DNA of 64,000 nucleotides from contig CAYMIF010000001.1 of NCBI GenBank assembly GCA_964390375.1, forward strand, positions 45,460 through 109,459, written 5' to 3'. The position numbers were made by a program, and so were the translations under genes. How positions within the stretch are numbered: the first letter of the stretch is position 1; each line of letters starts with the position of its first letter. A model generated the notes under the pieces. It was not told where the DNA came from and searched no databases. It worked only from the letters and a program-made list of their open reading frames with translations. The stretch is from an uncultured Methanosarcinales archaeon (GTDB lineage Archaea > Nanobdellota > Nanobdellia > Woesearchaeales > DSVV01). Below are positions 29,004 through 38,300 of this stretch, piece after piece.

Positions 29004-30197
29004 TCATTTGCTGCTCATTATTTCTATCATATCCCTGTGCTGAAGGACATGGTCCTTGGCTATGGGCATCTTCTTTCTGACATCAATCGCCTTTATGAAA
29101 TTGTCGCCGATGTCTGAATGTATCTTGTAGGCGAAATCAAGTGCTGTAGCACCCGCGGGCATCAGGAAACAGTCCGGGATTATGTTTCCATGCTGGTCTG
29201 CAAGCTTGCTGACTCCTCCAGGGAATATCGCCTTGTAGCCAAGAAGGTCAAAGACTGCCTTGTCCAGGACATCCTGTACACCTGAAGAGCCGAACTTTTT
29301 TAAGACATTGGCTTTGATGAACTCGAGCGCGGCTTTCTGCTTGTCTGATAGGTCTCCTGTTGCCTGAAAGTCATCTGAGCCCGGGGTGTAGTCTATCAGC
29401 TTATGCTTGGAGGCCTCCTTTAGGGCAAGCTCGGATTCTGCAGAACAGCCCACTATTATCGTGTCTGGGAACTTTTCCTTTAGCCTGTCCAGGTTCTCTG
29501 CACCTGTCTTTGTGTCAACCTTGTTGGCTGCGATTATCATCGGCTTTGTCTTTTTCCGAAAGTCTGATATCAGGGACTTGAGCTCGTCCTCTGTCCAGGT
29601 GTTTATCGGCTTTTCTCTGAGGCTGAGAGATTTCATGCTCTGCTTTACCATGTCCTCTGTGAGCATGAGGCCGGAGAACTGCTTGGCTATCTCCTTTTCA
29701 GGGTCCTTGTGCTCCTGAGCCAGTGTCCTTGAGAAACGCTCCCATACCTTCTTGAATATGGACAAGTACCATTCCTCAAGCTCTTTTTCCAGAAATCTTA
29801 TGTCATTTGCAGGATCATAGGAGCCTGGCTCTACCGGCTCTCCCTTCTCATTCGTGCTGCCGGATGCATCGACCACATGGATCAGGGCGTTTGCCTGCCT
29901 GAGGTCGTCCAGGAACTGGTTTCCCATGCCCTTGCCTTCATATGCTCCAGGCACCAGACCTGCTACGTCTATCAGATCAATCGGCACGAACCTTGTCTGG
30001 CCTGTACAGAAGCCTTCTCTTGGATCGCATTTGGTGTTGAATTCCCTGCATACTGCCTCTACGCGCACGAAACTGATCGCGTGATTGGGCTTAATGGTCG
30101 CGAAAGGATAGTTCGCTATCTCTACGTCCATCAGGGTCGCTGCCTTGAAGAAAGTGCTCTTGCCTGTGTTTGGTTTTCCGACTACACCGATAAGCAT
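29004..30197 (-). CDS. Obg-family GTPase, YchF/OLA1-like, with a C-terminal TGS domain
   Basis: G1 VVGKPNTGKSTFF. G3 DVAGLV. A long helical insertion precedes G4 NKVD. The TGS-like C-terminus reads ALDFAYKIHSDIGDNFIKAIDV. Confidence 0.65.
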   Translation of the reverse strand: MLIGVVGKPNTGKSTFFKAATLMDVEIANYPFATIKPNHAISFVRVEAVCREFNTKCDPREGFCTGQTRFVPIDLIDVAGLVPGAYEGKGMGNQFLDDLRQANALIHVVDASGSTNEKGEPVEPGSYDPANDIRFLEKELEEWYLSIFKKVWERFSRTLAQEHKDPEKEIAKQFSGLMLTEDMVKQSMKSLSLREKPINTWTEDELKSLISDFRKKTKPMIIAANKVDTKTGAENLDRLKEKFPDTIIVGCSAESELALKEASKHKLIDYTPGSDDFQATGDLSDKQKAALEFIKANVLKKFGSSGVQDVLDKAVFDLLGYKAIFPGGVSKLADQHGNIIPDCFLMPAGATALDFAYKIHSDIGDNFIKAIDVRKKMPIAKDHVLQHRDMIEIMSSK

Positions 30198-30297
30198 CTT
30201 ATTGCAGCGAGAACAATGGAGTGTATTTATATTTTTTGTAAAACTGGGCTATTATGATTGCATTAGATTTAAATAGTATGTTCCATGCAATTAAAAT

Positions 30298-31029
30298 ATG
30301 CTCAAGGCAGATTTCCACATACATATATCTGAAGATCCTTATGACCGGGATGCTGCGCGTTATTCAGGAAAGGAACTCATAGACCGTGCTGCAGAACTTG
30401 GATATGATGTCTTGTCAATCACCATGCATTCCACTTATTTTGAAGATTTTCGGCTGACAAAATATGCCCGCAAGAAAGGTATACTTCTGATACCTGGTAT
30501 TGAACTTCGAGTTTCTGACCGGCATGTGCTTATAATCAATCCAGATCCTGATCAGCTCTATCATGTCAAGAAGCTATCTGATCTGAGGAAAATCAAGGGA
30601 ACCGGGTGCCTGATCATGCCAGCTCATCCTTATCTTTATTTTGGAAAAGACCGTGAAAGAGAGCTTGAGGTGAATGCAGAACTGTTCGATGCCATCGAAT
30701 TCTGCCATTTCCATCTCGGACCTATTGATTTTAATAAAAAGACCGAGAATTTCTCAAGAAGGCATAAATTACCAATGTTTGGATCCTCTGACACACATCT
30801 TAAATGCCAGTTCGGAACCACTTATACGATGATCGATTCAAAAAAAGATACTGATTCAGTGATATCTGCTGTGAAAAAAGGAAAAGTCAAGGTGGTCTCT
30901 CCTGATCTTAAAATAACAATCTTCCTTAGAATATTCCTGCGGTTCAGCATCTCTATGCTGAGAACCATTGTGTTTGGGAAGAAGAAACAAACTGAGAGAT
31001 ATTCTGTTATAAAAAAGGGCTTTGTGTAA
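30298..31029 (+). CDS. PHP-domain metal-dependent phosphoesterase. Its last codons and stop lie inside a MITE terminus
   Basis: DFHIHIS, MPAHP and GSSDTH are PHP His/Asp ligands. The stop codon sits within the inverted repeat of the element at 31018-31196. Confidence 0.6.
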   Translation: MLKADFHIHISEDPYDRDAARYSGKELIDRAAELGYDVLSITMHSTYFEDFRLTKYARKKGILLIPGIELRVSDRHVLIINPDPDQLYHVKKLSDLRKIKGTGCLIMPAHPYLYFGKDRERELEVNAELFDAIEFCHFHLGPIDFNKKTENFSRRHKLPMFGSSDTHLKCQFGTTYTMIDSKKDTDSVISAVKKGKVKVVSPDLKITIFLRIFLRFSISMLRTIVFGKKKQTERYSVIKKGFV

Positions 31030-31196
31030 AAAGTACTACTTCGCTTACTCCCTAAGCTGCGCCTGGCCCTACGCCTTGGCCCGCAGACCTGCCATGTAGG
31101 GCGTGCGCCAACCATAGATGGTTGGCTTAGCCCAACTGAGAATATTGCCTAAAGATATATATTCTCGTGGCACAGACGTACTTTTTACACAAAGCC
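31018..31196 (+). mobile_element. 179-bp MITE-like element, GGCT-terminus family, variant 2
   Basis: A perfect 19-bp inverted repeat GGCTTTGTGTAAAAAGTAC / GTACTTTTTACACAAAGCC. It is flanked by ATAAAAAAG at 31009-31017 and 31197-31205. It shares the core CGCCTGGCC...TGGCACAGACG with variant 1 but has a longer internal structured module. Confidence 0.6.
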
Positions 31197-31205
31197 ATAA
31201 AAAAG

Positions 31206-31327
31206 GGCTATTATGAAATCCTATACTACTACGTTTTTACTGCGTAAAAACTTCGCCTGGCCCCGAGAATATTTATTTCATAAATATTCTCTCTCGTGGC
31301 ACAGACGCATAGGATTTCATAATAGCC
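31206..31327 (+). mobile_element. 122-bp MITE-like element, variant 1, directly abutting the variant-2 copy
   Basis: Termini GGCTATTATGAAATCCTATAC...ATAGGATTTCATAATAGCC. Flanked by ATAAAAAAG at 31197-31205 and 31328-31336. It is nearly identical to the reverse-oriented copy at 50627-50748. Confidence 0.65.
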
Positions 31328-31373
31328 ATAAAAAAGTAAAAATTTATATATCTTAAAACACATTTATTTTATC

Positions 31374-31964
31374 ATGAGCGTAGACATAGAGGTGCATGTT
31401 TCTGAAGTCAAATCGACAAACATATTCCAGGTCAACAGGATATATGAAGACCTGCATGAATGGTTCATGATGAAGAACTATGCATCCAATTCAGACCAGG
31501 ATTTTCCTGAGAAGTTCTTTTGGGAACAAAGAAGCCAGAACCAGGGAAAGGAATTCTGGATATGGTGGAGACTGCAGAAAGGAGAAAAGAGTAACAGCTT
31601 TGTACAAAGACACATAGATATAGATTTCCATGGCGTGGGCATCACTGATGCAGAGGCAATGTGGAAAGGCCAAAAATACAAAGTCAATAAAGGTAAACTT
31701 GAGATATTGATCAAAGGATGGATACAATTCGATCCAGAAGATAAATGGCAGAATGGGATCCTTGGACCGTGGCTTGAGATGTTCTGGAAGAGATGGCATG
31801 GACCACAGTTCAGAAGACATAAAAGAGAGCTTTTAGGTGATATCGCGACAGTACAGGAGATCTGCAGGCAGTTCTTTGATCTTCCGGCCAGAGGAGGAAG
31901 GAAGAAGTCATTCTCTGCTGTCAGAGGAATAGAAGAGAACTATGATGAAGTCGTGTATAAATGA
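31374..31964 (+). CDS. hypothetical Trp-rich protein
   Basis: 196-aa ORF bracketed by MITE copies. No motif recognised. Confidence 0.35.
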   Translation: MSVDIEVHVSEVKSTNIFQVNRIYEDLHEWFMMKNYASNSDQDFPEKFFWEQRSQNQGKEFWIWWRLQKGEKSNSFVQRHIDIDFHGVGITDAEAMWKGQKYKVNKGKLEILIKGWIQFDPEDKWQNGILGPWLEMFWKRWHGPQFRRHKRELLGDIATVQEICRQFFDLPARGGRKKSFSAVRGIEENYDEVVYK

Positions 31965-31992
31965 TTACCCCTGATTTTTCTTGCACAGAAGA

Positions 31993-32106
31993 GGCTCCAT
32001 CTAATAAATACTACTCCGCTTGCTGCGCAAGCTTCGCCTGGCCACGGGAAGCTTTATTGCATAAACCTTCCCTCCCTTGGCACAGACGCATTTATTGGAT
32101 GAAGCC
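31993..32106 (+). mobile_element. 114-bp MITE-like element, variant 3
   Basis: Termini GGCTCCATCTAATAAATAC / GCATTTATTGGATGAAGCC (16 of 19 bases match). Perfect 9-bp direct repeats CACAGAAGA at 31984-31992 and 32107-32115. The core is hairpin(GCTTGC..GCAAGC)-CGCCTGGCC-hairpin(GGGAAGCTTTAT..ATAAACCTTCCC)-TGGCACAGACG. Confidence 0.55.
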
Positions 32107-32232
32107 CACAGAAGAGCAAAGTTTTTAAATGAGGGCCAAACTTAGGAGGAAATAAAGCATCCTATGCTGCCGAAGCATCATTCAAAGATTTGCGGTCGCT
32201 TCGGGTGCGTTGCATAGGAATACTTTAAATAG

Positions 32233-32336
32233 GCCCCCGTAGCATAGTAGCTATTGCGGCAGACTTGTATCATTTTGAATCATAGATTCGTTTTTTAGAA
32301 ATCTGCAGGTCGTGGGTGCAAATCCCACCGGGGGCT
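32233..32336 (+). tRNA. intron-containing tRNA, anticodon read as TGT (Thr), with a ~31-nt intron after position 37
   Basis: Acceptor stem GCCCCCG/CGGGGGC. Anticodon stem GCAGA/TCTGC. Loop CTTGTA followed by intervening sequence 32270-32300. T arm GTGGG-TGCAAAT-CCCAC. Discriminator T. No encoded CCA. The isotype call depends on where the intron is placed. Confidence 0.7.
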
Positions 32337-32349
32337 TGCTATCTTCTTG

Positions 32350-35300
32350 CTATGCCTTCTTTAAAGATTCATATACCTTGTGCTTATCCTTTGCATTGCT
32401 GAGATATAAAGCATCCTTTAAATGGGTCTTTGACCAGCCCTTCTTCAGAAGATTTTCTGCCAATTTCCTGTGATCCTTGGTCTTGGTGTTGAAAAGGAAG
32501 ATTATTGGCTTTATGTTCTCCAGCTCCTGGGTATATCTTTTCACTGCGTCCTTTGTGAAGTAATGATGCTTGAGTATCCTTTCAGAGCCGTGAGAATGCA
32601 GGATGTTGGTGTATGCATAGTATTTGCTGAACTCCGAGTATATCTGGCTTGCAGCCTGGGGGCTGAGCCCTGCTTTTGCTATCTCTTTTCCAAGCATCTT
32701 CGGCGAACAGTGGACCCTGAGCAGGCTGAAGGCAACATCGTCCGGGTCCTTTTGGACCATGAGCTCCTGGATCATCTCAGAAAGAACCTTTGAAAGCCCC
32801 TTGCTGTAATATTCCTTGTATCCTTCATCTATCAATATGGTGTATGATATGAGGTTGATGTCATATGAATGATGTATCAGATAGTTTATCAGATGATGAG
32901 GGTCTGCCTTCCTGTCCATGCCTTTGTCAAGCTCTTTTTTTATCCTCTTCTGCTGGTCCTTGTATCTTTTTTGTCTTAATTTTTCCGGCGTGAACCTGGA
33001 ATGATGGAGGAAGTTTGCTATCTCAGACTTGTCAAAAAGCCAGATGTGATACTTGTGGAACCCAAACTCGTTGTTGGCATGAAGCTCGCTTATGAATGCA
33101 TAGAGCATGTATATGTGCAGCCAGATGTAGACTGCTATCTTCATCAGATCCAGGATGTAGTCAAAAAGCAGGTAGTTGAGAGTGAGATCGGGTATGACCT
33201 TGCTGTAAAGTATGATTGAATGATAGATGAAATTCTTCAGGAAGAACAGTGTGTAGACGAAGACCAGCAGTATCGCTATCGTGACAGTCTTTATCTCGAT
33301 GATCTTTTTATGCTTCCTTGTCACAAGATATGCCCATATCCCGACAGTCGCTGAAATCAATGAGAGTGCAAGGATGTTGAGATTGAAGCTAATACTGCTG
33401 AAGTACATGCTGAAATAGAACAGGATTGCTATTGCAGGGATGACATGAGTTATGATATCCATCAGGTGGTTGTGCTTTCTTATCATGTGGGCCACTATGA
33501 ATACAAGCAGGATGCCTGCAATTATCATCCCCGGGATGTCAGGCCTTATCGCTTCTGGCAGTGTCTTTATTACAATCTCGTTTCCGACCACAAGATTGCT
33601 GTTGATCTTCTTTATCTGAAATATCGGCGTGAGTATGAAGAAGACCAGGGATACTGCAAATGATATCAGTGTCCATCTTGAGAACGAAAGCCTCTTTGGC
33701 TCTACCGTGTCCTGGGCATTGCGGTAGAATATGTGTGAGTAGATCTTGAACGGTATGTAGAACAGGATGAGGATCGCGATCATATTCATTACATAAATGA
33801 GGTATGTTGCCAGAGGGTCTGCGGTGCTCTGCATAATGAGGTCGTAGACAGACGGAGACTGGGCAGTAAAGCCCTGTGCGTATATCTCTGGCTGAGGCAT
33901 GAATGGCAGGAGGCTTGAGAGTATGAAGATTATGAATCCAAGGCCGATTATGTAGAATATCCTGATGGAGATGGATACCCAATATGTTCCCTCGTCCTGG
34001 AGCATGACGATTATGTCGCGGACAAAATCCTCGATAGCGTTGAATGCTTCAGTAAGCGAACTGAGGGTGAGTTTTCTGTATCTTATGACATGGTAGATCA
34101 TGAATATCAGGGCGACTGAAATGAGGATTATGGAATCAGTCGCTATGGAGAATCCTTCGATTATCATCTGGAAGAAGATGAAGAACGTGATTATGATGAT
34201 TATGATGGTCTTTATGATCCTGAATGGCGAATAATTGCCTTTGAGAAGGTTGGATGCGAACGAACTCTTGTCCTTGTTCCTTATTATGAGCCTGTATGAC
34301 AATATAGAGATTATGACAAACAATGAGATCAGGGCGATGCCTGTGTAATCCTGGGTCATGTCCATCAGATACAGGATGGTCTTTACAGCCCTTCCGAAGA
34401 ATCCGTACTTTCCGAAGAGGCCTATGAATATCTCCTCAAGCGCCGGCAGCCACCAAAGAGAGCAGAATATGAGGATCAGGGCAGTCGTTATCCTGCTCCT
34501 CTTTCCGAAGAGACGCTCTGAGATGTTGGTCTTTAGTATGAGGATGAATGCCAGCAGAAGCGACATCATCTTCTTGACAAAGTCCAGGTCTCCGAGCATG
34601 CCCATGATGTCGAGGATGCTCAAGGCCAGGAGAAAGATGAAATAGAGCAGGATGAATTCCCTTATGCTCCAGACCAAGGGCTTTAATATAGGGTGCTTAT
34701 TTGCGTGGTCTTTTAGCTTTCCTATGTTTGTTGTGTTGACCAGGACTATTATAACTATGAATACAAGGAAGAAATATGCAAGGGTGAGGTAGTCCAGTAG
34801 CTTGGGAGGCTCGCCGAATCTTGTGACAATGCTTGCAACCAGGGCAGTGACTGTCACCTCTTCGTCACAGTTTATGTCCTCGACCTGCTTTATTTTAAGC
34901 TTCAGCTCCATCTCATCGTCAATCTCCTCGAAATGCACGAATATCTCTGGGTCAGCTTTTGTTATCGTGAAATTGAAGTTCGCGTCAATGACCTGCTCTG
35001 CATATTCATGGGTTAGCATCTCGACTAAGCATTTGGGGATGTGGATTGGCAAACCTACTCCTACAGCTTTCTTGTTGTCGTCCCTGGGCTTTATCTTGAC
35101 TGTGGCCTCAGCAGAGCCGTTGTCATAGATGACTGTTGTGGTGTTGGTCTGGATAGCCTGCTTTGCGAGCTCCTTTGCCTTGTATATCTCGAAATCATCA
35201 AGATAATCATCTATCCTGCTCTGCTCCTTTATCATGAGCTCATAACTGATCCTTCCTATCTCTTCCTCAGTCATGGACTTATTTATCGTGTAGTTGGTGT

Positions 35301-38300
35301 GGATCTCCTCGTAAGGCCCGAGGTCTCCGAGGGCAAATTCTATCTTTGGATCCCGCTGGATTATGGTGAAATTGACATCTGAGGAGATGTGGTCTGTTGT
35401 GTTGATTATGTCCTTTGGTATCGTTATCCTCAGCCTGGCCTGAGCTTTTTTCAGCGGTGTCGGGTTCCTGATAGTATCTATTATCTCTGTGTGGTTCTCG
35501 TGAACCCTGAATCTTGTGTGCTTCTTTATCTGGTTTGAGAGCTCGTAGGTGATGGAGTAGTTCTGTATTATGAATGCAGGCGGTTCTTTGATCTTCCGGC
35601 CAGAAGAATCGCTGTCATCATCCTGCTCTTCTGGGGTGGTCTCTTCTGCTGGCTCTTCTGTCTGGGGTATGATGTCTGGCGAGCCTCCTCCGAATGAACT
35701 GCTGCCGGAGCTGACAGATGAGCCTTCGTCTTCATCTTCATCTTCACCTACACATGTGCAGGTGTTTGTGCCTGAATGAGCCCATGTGCCTCTGTTTCCG
35801 CAGACTCCGCCTGTTATTTTTCCGCCATCTTCGTCATCACAGTCGAAGATGTCTATGTTCGTGCAGATCCCGGCGTAGGCTATACCTATCTGGCCGTCGT
35901 CGTCATTGTCCCAGTCCTCGTCTGCCAGCTGGTCGCAGTCATTGTCGTATGAGTCGCAGATCTCTGCTGTACTGTAGCTTACCTGCGCTGACCAGGCGCT
36001 CTTTTGGTGGCTTGAGTCGATGGACTGGACCTGGACATAGGCGCATCGCGGAGGTATGTCGAGAGATATCTCCTGCAAAAGCTGCATGTTTCCGAAGTAG
36101 CCCTGAGGCGGGTTGGTCGAAAGAGGGTTAAGGCTAGAGAGGATGTTTTGGTTGGTCGGGCTGGAGCCTATCTTTAGGTTATAGTAAAGGACAGGGGATT
36201 CTGCATCTGAGCCTGCGGTCCAGTTGATTTTCATGCGGCTGTTGTTGTATGAGATGTTTACTGCTGTCGGCGGAGCGGGGAGCGTGTTGTTCTTTAGTTC
36301 ATTTGCATCAGAGCGATAGATGCGGGTGTTGGCAGACTGGGATTCGTTGAAGCCGGTGTAGAAGATGTCGAGGTTGTTGTCGTTGTTGTAGTCGGCGAAT
36401 GCGAGGGAGCCTGCCCATGATCCGTCGAAGGTGTTGAATGTGTCTTCGATGAAGGTTGTGCCGTTGCTGTAATAAAGTTTTGTTATTGAATCTGTCCATG
36501 TGCCTCTTGTCGTACCTGCTAATAATAGGTCAAGAAGGCCGTCGTTATTGTAATCTCCCAGTGTGAGGCTTCCTTTCCAGACTGCAGTCAGGTTCTGGGA
36601 CCACGCCGGCGAATATGTGAGGTTATTTGCGTTGTTTTGGTATACCTTTGCTATCTTATCTGTACAGTTAGCTGGAGAGCTGGTTCCTGAACTGCATCCA
36701 ATGAGAACAATGTCCATGTATCCGTTGTTATCTATGTCACCTGATGTAATGTGGCCGAATTTCACTCCTGTCAGGTTTTGGGTGTTTGTGAATGATGCTG
36801 CTTGATTGTTCATGTATACTTTGGTCGTGAATTCGTCATCTGCATTGCCATACCTGCCAGAGACAATGATATCTGTGAAATTGTCATTATCAAGATTTAC
36901 TGCGTTTACTGAACATTCTGTGACACCCATGAAATTTATCACTGATTTTGAGAAGGAATCTCCGTTGTTTGTGTATAATGATGTCGAATAGGCGGCACTA
37001 TCGCTGGTTCCACAAGTGATGAGGTCTATGAGCCCGTCATTGTTGTAGTCCAGCCATGCGTGGGAGGAATAATATACAGGATTTATTCCGTGGGAAGAGT
37101 CATCATAGGTCCAGCCGGATTGGTATCTGATGATGTAGAGTTTTTTTTCAATTGGATCAATCTGTCTTTGACCTGAGGTGATTATGTCGTATGTTTCGTC
37201 ATTGAAAGGATCTGCCAAAGAGATTCCACCGTACATTAGGTCAGGGAGATTTATCTCATCATGAGGTGTGAAAAATGCATTGGTGTTTGAATAGACATAT
37301 CCTTTGGTTGTTGTTTTATCCAATACTTCTGGACCTGATATGAAAATATCATGATAATGATTTGAATCCAGGTCAGCTAACAATAATGAGCTTCCGAATG
37401 ATGTACCATACACTCCCTGCTCATCCAGGTCGTATGCTGTGGAATTCGGCTTGACTGTTATCGAAAATGTGTGGTTCAGTGTCTCGTATCCAGACATGTT
37501 GCATCTGATCGTGACCTGCTTGTCTCCAAGGGATGTGAAATTGTAATCAATAGTATGGACTGCTCCTGTGTAGGACATGTTGTGCCATGTGCTATCCAGG
37601 CTTATGGTGCAGTTTTCTGATATCGGAAGGTGGGATGTCGTGTTTGAGTAGTTTGCAGTAAAGGTGACAGTTTGGTTTATCATGAGGCGGGATGGTGAAT
37701 AATCTGTCTCTAGAAGGCTGTTTGATGCAGCAGAATAATTGCTGAATCCAGAGACATTGAATGTGAGATTTCCATTAGTGTAATCAATCACTGTGCAGTC
37801 TGAGCAGACCTGGTCGTTTCTGAGGATTGCCGGAATCGCAGAGAAATTCAGGTTGAATATAGTTATGTTGGCTCTTCTGTTCAGGCCCTGGGCAGCGGAA
37901 ACATCTATGTCTATATTATTCTGTGAGATGTTCACTATCGAGTTTAAGTCTAGGTTGGAGACGTCGATATTTTCATTAAACATTATCATGCCGAATCCTG
38001 GCAAGCCGATCGATGCGGCTGAGACATTGGATACATCAGAGACTTCAGAGAAGTTTGTTGTGAGGGAGTTGTAATAGTTTGAGAATATCGGTTCAGAAGA
38101 CCTGTTGAGAGTGATTGTGAGGGCTGTGTTGGATGAGTGCGTGTAATCCATGTTGTATTGGTTGTATCCGGATCTTTGGAAGTAGATGGTGTAGTTTTGT
38201 ATTGAGGATGTTCCGTTGTTCCTGTCGCTTGTGAGGACAAGCCTTGCCTTGCCTGGACTGTCTGTTGCGGTGTCGTAATGCATTCGGTTGTCTGTATCGT

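Noticed and set aside
31030-31200. Reading the GC-rich stretch CGCCTGGCCCTACGCC...GGTTGGCTTAGCCC inside the variant-2 element as a tRNA or other known RNA gene
   Set aside because: I could not find an acceptor/anticodon/T-arm arrangement. The same module recurs inside a second element (59740-59880) with inverted-repeat termini, so it is part of the mobile element.
35570-36131. Antisense ORFs inside the giant genes, such as the Arg/His/Cys-rich 137-aa ORF at 35718-36131, others inside 4110-10238, and antisense ORFs within gyrA (53526-53780, 56319-56630)
   Set aside because: They lie opposite low-complexity acidic or Ser-rich coding sequence, which automatically yields long open antisense frames. 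They have no independent start context and no coherent domain features.
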